Source: Eledone cirrhosa (lineage: Eukaryota). Taken from it: DNA of 64,000 nt. The position numbers and the translations under genes are program-made. The DNA lies in NCBI GenBank assembly GCA_964016885.1, contig OZ024743.1, positions 366,420,001 through 366,484,000 of the forward strand, read 5' to 3'. This document shows positions 27,599 through 38,486 of this stretch, piece by piece. Position 1 is the first letter of the stretch. Every line of letters starts with the position of its first letter. Under the pieces are notes generated by a model. It was given only the letters and a program-made list of their open reading frames with translations. It ran no database searches and was not told the DNA's origin.

Positions 27599-27681
27599 AC
27601 ACACGCTGATGAACCATAGGCTAATCATTTCTGTCAACAAATTAGTTGGTGAAACAGATCCTTTCGGATTTATACGTATGT
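27599..27681 (+). ncRNA. Type I hammerhead ribozyme, monomeric, intact core
   Basis: ACACACG-CUGAUGA-ACCA..GCUAAU/AUUAGUUGGU-GAAAC-AGAUCC-UUUC-GGAUUU-AUA-CGUAUGU. All three stems pair, with one C-A mismatch in stem III and one in stem I. Confidence 0.82.
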
Positions 27682-27880
27682 GTTAGATAGTTATCAAGGT
27701 ACGTATTTGCACTTTAATTTATACTTTTAATTATCGTGTGTCTACTCTGCCTTCCATGGGTTATAGATTCCATACACTGGTGGTTTTTCCTTGTTTGATT
27801 GATAACGCACTATCTCCCTCTCTCTGGTGTGTTACCTTCTCAACATATTATATTTTATATATATGTATGTATATTTATAT

Positions 27881-30137
27881 ATCATCATCATCATCGTTTA
27901 ACGTCCATCTTCCACGCTTGCATGGGTTTGGATGGGAGTTTTCCCACTTGAGGCAAGATTGGTTGTCCTACTCGTATAGGACTGTCTGGTGGGTTTTCTA
28001 TGGCTGGATGCCCTTCCTAACACCAACCACATTTACAGTGTGGACTGGGAGGTTTTTACCGTGTTACCTACACGGCCACATTACAGCGTGGACTGTGTGT
28101 TTTTTGTCGTGACACCTACACGTCTGGTGGGTTTTCTACGGCTGGGTGCCCTTCCCAACACCAACCACGTTTACAGTGTGGACTGGGCGGTTTTTACCGT
28201 GTTATCTACACGGCCACATTACAGCGTGGACTGTGTGTTTTTTGTCGTGACACCTACACGTCTGGTGGGTTTTCTACAGCTCGGTGCCCTTCCCAACACC
28301 AACCACGTTTACAGTGTGGACTGGGAGGTTTTTACCGTGTTACCTACACGGCCACATTACAGCGTGGACTGTTTTTTTGTCGTGACACCTACACGACCTC
28401 ATTTGTTTCGGACTGGATGTTGTGGTACCAACATAACTTCACATTTAAGGGGGTAGGGGTAGTGGGATGGGGGTGTATTTTGTTAGAGATACCTACTGAC
28501 TGTAGGTTTCGCTTTGTACTTAGGTGAGGCGGATCTTCTGTGCTACTGTGTACCGCCAAAGATCTTGGTCCAGTGACATTGTCTTGGAGAGGTGTAAGTG
28601 TGTGAGGTCGGAATTTATCAAGTCATCCCAGGTTTTTCTGGGTCTGCCTACTCCGTGGCTACCGTCTATTTTTATCGCCCTGCACTTTTTTATACAGCTG
28701 TCATCTTTCATGCGCATCTCGTGACCGTACCAACGTAGTCTTCTCTCGAGTAAACAACATCTGATCCCTCTTATTCCTAATTTCTCCCTTAGTTCGTTTA
28801 TGCTTTGCCGTTCACGTATATTACTATTACACATCCAGCGGAGCATGCAAGCTTTGTTTCTCTCCAGTCTGCGTATATCCTCTGCACACAATGCCCAAGT
28901 CTCACTGCCATGTAACATTGCTGTTCGTATGCAGGCATCATACAGCCTGCCTTTCATTTTTAGAGAGAAACCTTTAGCGGCCAATAGTGGTATAAGCTCT
29001 CTGAACTTTTTCCATCCCGTTCTGACTCTAGCTACTGTACTTTCAGAGCAGCCTCCCCCACTGCTGATTTTGTCACCCAGGTAACGGAAGGTGTCCACTA
29101 TTTCTATAGAACCATCTGTGCAATGGAATGAGCTAGTATTCTGTGGGCACTTGCTACTACTTATTGCACCAGAGCACCGGCCACATATAAAATCTATATT
29201 CTTAGTTAGCTTACCTGTGATCCCACTACATCTTTTATGCACCCATACTTTGCATTTGGGACATAAAATGGAGTTTCTGCCTACTCCTTTCCTACACACT
29301 GAGCATGGCCATTTCCCAGATGGGACCGGTGCTCTATTTTCTTTCCTACAAACTAGAACTTTAGTCTTAGACAAGTTAACTTTAAGGCCTTTTGATTCTA
29401 GGCCATGCTTCCATGTTTGGAATTTCTTCTCTAGTTCCGCCATTGATTCAGCTATGAGTGTTAGATCATCTGCATATAGGACTTCCCATGGGCAGCCGGT
29501 CTTGAACTCCTCTGTTATAGCCTGAAGGGCAATAATAAATAGTAGGGGGCTAAGGACGGAGCCCTGATGAACACCAACTTTTACGCTAAACTCTTCACTA
29601 TATTCGTTGTTAATTCTAACCTTGCTGACTGTTTCTTTATACATGGCTTGTTTAGCTCTCACAAGCCATTCATCAACACCTAGTTTTCTAAGGGCCCACC
29701 AGATAATCGAGCGGGGTACTCTGTCAAAGGCTTTCTCCAAGTCAACAAAGGCTAAGTATAGGGGTTTACTTTTAGCTAGGTACTTCTCCTGTAGTTTTCG
29801 TACAATGAAGAGAGCATCTGTTGTACTTTGACCTGACACAAACCCGAACTGCATTTCGTCTAGATCAATTCGCTCTCTGATTAGTTGCGCTATTACTTTT
29901 ACTGTGACCTTCATGACCTGGTCAATTAATTTAATGCCCTATCTAGGGCATCACCTTTACCCTTGTAGCAGTTAATGATGATGCTGCTGCACCAGTCCTT
30001 CGGCACAACCCCATTCTGTATGACTTGGTTTACTATCCGAGTGACCATAGTGTGTCCCACCGTTCCAGATGCTTTCAGCATTTCAGCAACTATTTCCGAA
30101 GGCCTGGCCGCCTTGCCCGTCTTCATGTCTTTGATCG
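27881..30137 (-). mobile_element. 5'-truncated RTE LINE (family B)
   Basis: ORFs 28520-29914 and 29926-30137 are separated by a small frameshifting deletion at DRGNYRGIKL. It has RT motifs, the PHD-like finger and a (GAT)n tail. Confidence 0.95.
27984..28395. repeat. Three tandem ~138-bp copies inside the LINE-B 3' UTR
   Basis: Units start at 27984, 28122 and 28260 (GTCTGGTGGGTTTTCTA...). Confidence 0.92.
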
Positions 30138-30143
30138 TATATG

Positions 30144-30178
<35 letters not shown>

Positions 30179-31119
30179 GTGTATATATACATATGTATAT
30201 ACATATACATATGTTGATTATGCTGATTGGGAGAGGAAATAATGTATATATTTTATCAAATGATTCTATGGACATACTTTATTGTATATTGCTCTGATTG
30301 TTGATTATTCAATTAATTAATTCGTCATTGAGCGACATCGTGAATGGTTGCAAAAACACATATATATATATATATATATGACTTTGTCTAGTTTATGTAT
30401 ATGTAAATCTTTATATTTGATAATCTCCCCTATGGTTGGGATGCAATTTAGGCAGTATTAGGATTCACTTTCTAGCAGCCAGCCCACTCGCCGTAAGGCA
30501 CCAATCACATTCTTTCTGACTTGACCACTGCCACGTCACAGTTCTTGGCCATTTGGAATTTGTTTCTGGCTTGGATCATTTAAGAAAAATCTTCGTCCAA
30601 GTGAGTTTGTTTCCTTATGATTTCGAAACTCGTGAATTTATCCTTGATCGGATATTTCCAAAAAGCGAATGAAACCTCATGGTGTAGAAACATAATTTTG
30701 GTATGCTTATATACTTTTTTCTTCTAGCTTTGATTTTATACCTAATTGTGTATGGTTAACGATATATTTAATCGATTTCCACGTGCTATTAGAAATGGTG
30801 GGTAAATATTCTATAGCTGTTGATCGCAGATAGATAGCTCTCTTTTATTTATCTACTATTTCTTAGTAGGTGCCTTTAATCTTATAGCCTTGTTTAATTG
30901 TTTTTTTTTGTGGTTGATTATGCTGATTGGGAGAGGAAATAATGTATATATTTTATCAAATGATTCTTTGGACATACTTTATTGTGTATATATATATGTA
31001 TGTATCTATATACTATATCTATATGTATGTATATGTGTATGTATGTATGTGTATGTATGTATGTATATATGTATATGTATGTATATGTGTATGTATGTAT
31101 GTATATGTATGTATATGTA

Positions 31120-31162
<43 letters not shown>

Positions 31163-31475
31163 TTATTAAAATAACATTAAAGTTTAAGCAAAGAATCGTT
31201 GCTTTCACCCTTAACGGGATCTTCTGAAACTTTAATCTGTTATTTTAATAAATATTTGCTCTAGGGTTCTTATATATTTGATACATATTTATCCTTATCG
31301 AGCCCTCTTTGGATTTTAGTCTTCAAATTTATTATTATTACATATATGTATATATGTATCATCATCATCATCACCATTTTACATCCGTTCTTCCACGCTA
31401 GCATGGGTTAGACGGGTTGTCCTGTTGTGGGCAGTGTTCAGTCGGCTGACCTCCTCTTGCTCATAGAGGAACTTG

Positions 31476-31510
<35 letters not shown>

Positions 31511-31762
31511 AATGAAAAATAAGAAATTAGAAGTTAGGATTATGCATCATCAGTTGTCTACTAGGCGTCATAGGCATTTCTTCGCATTAAAGACAAGATA
31601 CCTCAGCCTAGGGCAAAACAATAACTAAAATAAGTTATTGGGATAAAAACAAGTTGGTGGAGAAAAGAAGGATATATGTATATATATATATAAATGTATA
31701 TGTATGTATATGTGTATATATATGTATATAAAATATATATATTTATTTGGTTCCTATATATA

Positions 31763-31960
31763 ATATTTAATATAGAAATGGCAAACAGGACTAGAACAGT
31801 TTCATTCAGAGGAAATCACCAGGAAAGCTTTCCTGATGATTTCCTTCGAATAAAGCAGTTCTAGTCCTGTAGAAGCCATTTCTATATTAAATATTGTATA
31901 CACTCTACTATGTATTGAGTACCTTACTTATTGTGGTTACCTCTGATTGAACCTGGGATA
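31763..31960 (+). mobile_element. Fold-back palindromic mini-element (pLTR-like)
   Basis: Arms of about 65 bp are centred on GGAAAG|CTTTCC, with CTGATGA and GAAAC remnants, a TTGAGTAC 3' motif and TA flanks. Confidence 0.65.
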
Positions 31961-32001
31961 CACACACATATTTATATATATATATATATATATATAAATA
32001 T

Positions 32002-32348
32002 GGAGGCACATGGCTTAGTGGTTAGAGCATTGGCCTTGCAATCGAAAGGTTGTGAGTTCAATTCTCAGACTGGGTGATGTGTTGTTTCCTTGAGCAAGAG
32101 ACTTTATTTCACATTGCTCCAGTTTACTCAGCTGTAGATATGAGATGATAGAGAATGGGGTCTCTATCATTCCACTGCAAAGTGGTCGTGGAGGTGCCAC
32201 GGCAAAAAAGCACCCAGCACTCACTGTAAATGAGGTTGGTGTTAGGAAGGGCATCCAGCTGTAGAAATCAAGCCAGAATCAGTTCCCGTCCCACCCTTGC
32301 AAGCAGGGAAAAGCGGACGTAAAATGAAATGATGATGATGATGATGAT
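32002..32348 (+). mobile_element. Full-length CORE-type SINE
   Basis: GGAGGCACATGGCTTAGTGG head, GAGTTCAATTC B box, CORE-like domain, AGGAAGGGCATCC module and (GAT)n tail. Confidence 0.9.
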
Positions 32349-32391
32349 ATATGTATATATCTATATGTATATATATATATCTATTTATAAA

Positions 32392-32640
32392 TATATCACA
32401 GAAAAAAGAGAATCAGTGTTGCGACGCAAGGAATTTATTGGACAGAAAGAGTCAGGTTTGATCACCACATCGATCGTGCCTCGAGCTGGTCGCCCGAGAA
32501 ACAAATGTAATATGTTCAATAAATTCCTTTCGTCGCAACACTAATTCTCTTTTTTCTGTGATATCATACTCTGCTCTATGAGGGCATCGAGTGCTCATAC
32601 GGCCTACCGCATACGGACGCTTTAAGCATCCAACACCAAT
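32392..32640 (+). mobile_element. Fold-back palindromic mini-element (pLTR-like)
   Basis: Inverted arms of about 50 bp (ATATCACAGAAAAAAGAGAAT.. / ..ATTCTCTTTTTTCTGTGATAT), a GAAAC-AAAT-GTA half-hammerhead in the spacer and an ATCGAGTGCTC 3' motif. Confidence 0.6.
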
Positions 32641-33021
32641 TATATATATATATATATATATTATATATTGTGTGTATAAATATATCAAATATATATTTTG
32701 AGTTAAAAACTCACACTAGTCCCTTATAATCAAATTATTTCAAGGAAAAAAATTAAAATGTAAATTGGGATATACAAATCTACTATAATTTGATAGTTAT
32801 AGTAGGTTTGTATATCTTGATTTTTCCTGTGAACTGTACTATCTTTAGTCAGTATTTTCTTCACCCTGGCGGTTTCTATCTCTTGTGATTTGAACACAGA
32901 TATATATCTGTGTTCATCTCTCTTTACTGTGTTATATATAAATATATATAGATATGTGTATATATATATAAATATATGCATATATATGTGTATATATATG
33001 TATATAAATATATATATATAT

Positions 33022-34108
33022 ATGATGGCTGCCAACTCTGCCAAGAGTATTGCAATCGCTTGTCAGATTCAGATGTGAGATGCTCGGATATGGCTTTTCA
33101 AGCCTGCTAGAGACTTGCACTCCTGGCTTGAGGGCCTGCATCAGGTTGCCCTTGAACCCTCACAACACCGTGGAGATCATAGTTCACCGGTTCTCTTTGA
33201 ACATGGCTGCGACTGTGGCTCCCGAGACCAGATTTGCACAAGCAATTCTTTCCACACTCAGGGCACTTCAAGTCAATGGAGACACCAATCGTTTCGAGAG
33301 ATACACCGGGGCATTGCTTATGCACATCCTGTTTGATCTTCTCATGCTCTATGCATCTGTCCTCAAAATTATGGACCCCCATCATGCACCATTCCACGCC
33401 AAGTTTCTCTTCCAAGAGCTTCTATCTCCCAGTCAGCCATCATCAAACCATCTTTTTCAATGAGTCCTTTACACAATCCTTCAATCAGAGCCTTGGCTTG
33501 TGAGGTTGACTCTTACCCTCACAAAGCTCGCCATACAAGAGTTGTTTTGGGATTCAATCATCCTCCATTCTGCAGAGGTGTCCGGTCCATCGCAAACGCC
33601 GCTGGTGGATGATACTCTCAATGCTCCGACACTCACTTCGCTCAAGGACCTCAACATCACTCACATGCCACTGCCACTTGATACCGAGCATCTTTCTGAG
33701 ACACTGCTGGTGAAACCGTTCCAGTCTGTGGATATGCCGTTTGTAGGCAACCCATATCTCACATGCATACAGCAAAGTTGACAGTGCAAATGCAGCATAC
33801 ACTCTCACCTTGGTCCCCATTGTGATTCCTCACCTGCACCAAAGACAGTCGTTGAGCCTTCCAAATGACTCACTTGCCTTACTAAAACGCAGACCAACTT
33901 CTGCATCCAGAGAGCAGGCCACACTCAGAGTACTCCCCAAATACACAAATGTGTCAGCAGCCTTCAGCTTTTGACGGTATACATACATTGAAAACTTTAT
34001 CCGGAGCACGCATTGGAAAAAGAATTCATAAAGTGCTGCATGTCACTCTGGGAGTGTGCAAAGAGATCCCAATCATCTGCATATAAAAATTCTCTGATCA
34101 CGGTACTC
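33022..34108 (-). mobile_element. RTE/BovB-like LINE fragment
   Basis: IREFLYADD, FVYLGSTL, TKVRVYAA..LSTLLYACEIW, RRLRWTGHLCRM and C2H2 CPECGKNC..KSGLGSHSRSH. Confidence 0.9.
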
Positions 34109-34182
34109 ATACATACATACATACATACGTACGTATGTATGAACATACATATACGTACATATATATATATATATACATTATG

Positions 34183-34458
34183 GCACTACTATTTCACCTC
34201 AACTGGTCCTGCTGTCTTTAACATTACACCAAAACACATTAAAACAGAAACAGACCCCATAAAATTCAAAAAGTGTTTGGACAAATTCCTTCAAGAAATT
34301 CCGGATAAACCTTCTACACTTGGATATGTCTACGTAAACAATAACTCTCTATTTGAGTGGGCCATCGTGTCCAAATCTTGATATGAAAGACTTTGCCAGG
34401 TGGTGCTATTAAGTTAGACGTGGCCTGGGCCAATACTGGCCAAAACCTATCAAAGTTA
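34183..34458 (+). mobile_element. LINE 3' end (CR1/L2-group-like)
   Basis: GPAVFNITPKHI...FKKCLDKFLQEIPDKP...Y....NSLFEW is typical of a non-LTR ORF2 C-terminus. The clade is uncertain. Confidence 0.65.
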
Positions 34459-34475
34459 TGTATATTCATAAATAT

Positions 34476-34521
<46 letters not shown>

Positions 34522-36792
34522 GTATGCGGTGCCCCAGCATGGCCTCATCCGGATGGCTGAAACAGGTAAAAGAGTAAAAGAGTATATATATATGTGTGTA
34601 TATATATATATGTATGTGTGTGTGTGTGTGTGTTTTGGGATATATATAGATATGTATATATTTATGTGTGTGTATGTATATATATATAGTGTATGTGTGT
34701 CTGTTTCTGTGTCTGTATATATATATATGTGTGTGTGTGTCTGTTTCTGTGTCTGTATATATATGTGTGTGTGTGTGTGTGTGTATACAGGGTGTACGGG
34801 ATAGTCAAATTTAAAATTTTTTTTTTTTCAGATATACTCTTGTATCTGTGAAAAGAATATATGAGGGTGGGGGGGGGGGAGTAATTTCACACGTATACTT
34901 TAAATAATAAGTATGCTCCAAAGTTTTCATGTGTGTAGGCATGTGTATACACACACACATATATAATTCATATGCATCCATACATATACATAAAGACACA
35001 CCTGGGTAAATATTATATGCATCAGCTCATTAAATATTTTTCCTTTTATGTTCATAATATGCTTATGAATGCTTTGATCTAATTAGGTATGCTTTGATCT
35101 TTTTTTCCTCTCTCCCCTTTCTCTCTACACCCTCCTCCTTTGTCACACTCATGTCTGTGAATGTTTTACAACCATTTCCTTATGATAACGTAGTTTGGAT
35201 TTTGTTTGGAATTTGGACATTTGTCTATCGTTAGAATAAATTGTATCCGTGCCCTCCTAGTGTAAACCATACTATCTTGATGGGAAAATGAGACAAAAAA
35301 GTATTGCCTCAAAAGGTCTAATGGAAAAATGGATATAAGAACCTTGACCAAATATGTATATACATCAACCACATCTCCTCTCCACATACACGAATCAGCT
35401 ACCCGTACCTTTCTCTCCATCATGCTGCCCCTACCTTATTGACCACATCCATCAAACCACTCCATCCCCTTCTCCCCATACACTAATCAGCCACCCCTAC
35501 CCTTTACTCATTGCCCTGTCCCCATATACACTTATTACCATACCTATCTACGTTCCCTATTGCCTTTCTCCCCAAAGCTGAGAGGGCTCTACAGTTGAAC
35601 CTACAACCTCTCTTGTGATGGTGCCACAAAAATGCATCCAGTACACTCTATAATGTTGGTTGGCGACAGGAAGGGCACCTTGCTGTAGAAACCATGCCTA
35701 AAAGGGTTGGAAGGAACCTTTAGTTGCATAAATGATATGACAATTTCCCTAGTGATAGTGATCTATGCAATAAAAGCACCCAGTATATGTAAAATGGTTA
35801 GTGTTAGGAAGGGCATCGAGGTGTAGAAAGCTTGCCAAACAAGGGGTTAAGAAGACCCTTCAGTTTATGTCAAAAGTCATCACAACTTCTCCTCTGCATT
35901 CAATATGACCATACATAAGCGAAATAAGACCCCTCAGCCTGACTGGGAGGTCAGTAGCCTGACTTGGTCTATGTAAGCCCTCCAACCCTTACTAACAGGG
36001 AAAGCAGACGTTAAATGTTGATGATAATGATGATATATATATATATAACTGTTATCTCAAGGACGACAACCTCTATAGTGCTGGTACTACAATAAAATTC
36101 ACCCAGTACACTCTGTAAAGTATTTTGCATTAAGAGGGGCATCCAGCTGTAGAAACCATGCCAAAACTGGAACATATGTAAGCCAGACATAACTCTTAGC
36201 CTGTTTAGAAGTACAGTAACTTCAATTAAGTACTGACTTATTCTGTAGTGACCTATCTAACCCATGTCATTATGAAAAAGCTGGTGTAAAATGAAAGCAC
36301 ACACACATTTTGCAGTGCGACTAAAACAAGGTTAGTTATCTATCAAACCTGAACAGTCTATCTGCTTTCCTATTCTCAATGCATTTTTTCTTTTCGGTTT
36401 ACTTTTTGTTATGCAATATAATATTTAGACCTTACTTTTAAATTATATCCAATAACAAAGAGAAATATCTAGCGATGAGGAAATAATGGTTTCTGATTTA
36501 AGCACAAGGCCAACAATTTTGGGGAAGGAGAAAGTCGATTAAATCGACCCCAGTGTGTTACTGGTGCTTTCTTTTATCGGCCCCATAAGGATGAAAGGTA
36601 AAGCTAACCTAGGCAGGATTTGAACCCAGACCATAAAAGGCTAGAACTATATGTCACAAAGCATGTTGTCTGACACCCTACTGATACTGCCAATTCACCA
36701 CCCTTTATGCAAATAATAATAAGGTAAAAAAAAATAAAAGAAATATAACAAGAGAAAAATTCAAAAAGATAACCAAAGCAACAACAGCATGC

Positions 36793-36854
<62 letters not shown>

Positions 36855-38328
36855 ACATGTGATGGTGAGAGGAGGTAGTGATAAAGATTTAGGCTTCCAT
36901 TAAAAGCTTAGTACACAACTTTGATGCTGATGTGATACTGTGGCATTTTGCTTACAAAACTTTCCCAAATTCTCTACCGAGAAATTGTGGAATTCTAATT
37001 ATCTTTCTTGTTCCAGTACAAAGTTCTTGGAGGATTTTTGAATGTTCTTCCTCACCATTGCCAATAACTGGCATTGTTTAAACCTTATTCTATATATCAA
37101 TCAATCTGGAAAACTTAGTATCTCCTTTGACACATCAGAGTAGAATACTCTCTGCTCTCGGCCGTCCCCAATGACAACAACAATAGTAACATTAACAATG
37201 CATGTAACATTCATGCATTGGCTCTTTAGGTCATCTTGGTATTGCATGTGTATTGGCTGCAATCTTTTGTCATTTTTGACATTTGTCTGCAATCTTCAGT
37301 AGCAATCTTTTCATTTCTGATTTCAATCGAGTCATGGATTGTAAGAAACACACACAGTAAAGTGGTCATAGTGAATACTCTTGACAAGCACTTTAGCTCA
37401 ACTAGATTGCTGTATATTTGTGTTTTATTAAGCCAGTGGACTAGCATTTTATCATAATGGTACTAACATGTTTGACAGTGGCAGTGATAGTCAAGACACA
37501 GCAGATAAAAGATAAAAGGTTTTTATTTAGTTTCTCTCTTCTATTCACCTTACTGTCTACTTCTACATTTCTCTGTTCTTTCTTTGTTGTTCTCCCCATC
37601 TCCTTTTTCTTTTTATCCTTATTTCTATGATTCTCTCTCTTTTTTTCCTGATTTACTCCATTTCTATATTTTCCCTATTTGTTTTTCTTTCTTTGTCTCT
37701 CTTTCCATGTTTTTCTCCATCACTGTATTTTCACTCTTGCACTTTTATTTTTTCTTATTTTGTTTCTTCCTCATTCTCTCCTTTTACGTTAGTACCTGGT
37801 CAACTCTTATTGAATGGTTCTATGATCAAAAGCATTCCAGCTATGACCATCCCATCTTTTTTTCAGCTATAGAAGTATATTTTATATAGAACGAAATTGT
37901 TCTATTGGTATTGTTTGTTAACTCCAGTCGAGCCTAGATTGAACAAACTTATAAAAAGTATTCCAGCCATAGCTGATCATCTTTTTTCATAGTTTATCTT
38001 GGGATATATTATTCTTTGTCTCTTGTTTTTGTTATGGTTCATTTTGTAATTTTAAAGATAGCAGAATGAGATTTAAAAGAGATTTTGTTGCTATTTCTAG
38101 CATTTTGAGTGACCACTTAATGATTCTCCTCTCTGGCTTCACTCATATTAGTGTTATTAAGGTATGTGTGTATGTGTGATTGTGGCAGAGAAATACATTT
38201 TTCGTAAATTAATAGTAGCACTTTGTTTTCATATCAAGTTTCAACAACTTCATTTAAATATAAAAGCTATCAGAAAAAGCATCGATATCACAATTTTCCA
38301 CCCTTTTATATCAGTTATAATGACTATA

Positions 38329-38486
38329 CAGGTATAATTCCGTTATAACGAATACCATTATAATGAATTTTTCAGTATAACAACATTTTTTCAATCCCCG
38401 ACCTTACGCTCAATGTGTTTCAGTTGATCTTGTTATAAAAATTGTTTGGTATACCCCGTGAATTTTGTTATAACGGAATGTATATG
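38329..38486. mobile_element. Tc1/mariner-superfamily (Tigger/pogo-like) MITE
   Basis: TA-flanked imperfect TIRs CAGGTATAATTCCGTTATAAC and GTTATAACGGAATGTATATG. Confidence 0.7.

Noticed and set aside
26453-27686. Long ORFs of up to 395 aa rich in Y/I/H/T/M/C/V (also at 20.2-21.2 kb and 52-53.8 kb)
   Set aside because: They are translations of (TA)n/(TATG)n microsatellites, which lack stop codons by composition.
27984-28395. CRISPR-like array
   Set aside because: These are contiguous tandem units with no unique spacers, in a eukaryotic LINE 3' UTR.
30440-30672. Possible decayed GIY-YIG C-terminus (SPLAVRHQSHSF*LDHCHVTVL)
   Set aside because: The resemblance is too weak to support without a profile search.
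32002-32075. tRNA gene
   Set aside because: A and B boxes are present, but the acceptor and anticodon stems do not close and the sequence continues into the SINE body in four copies.
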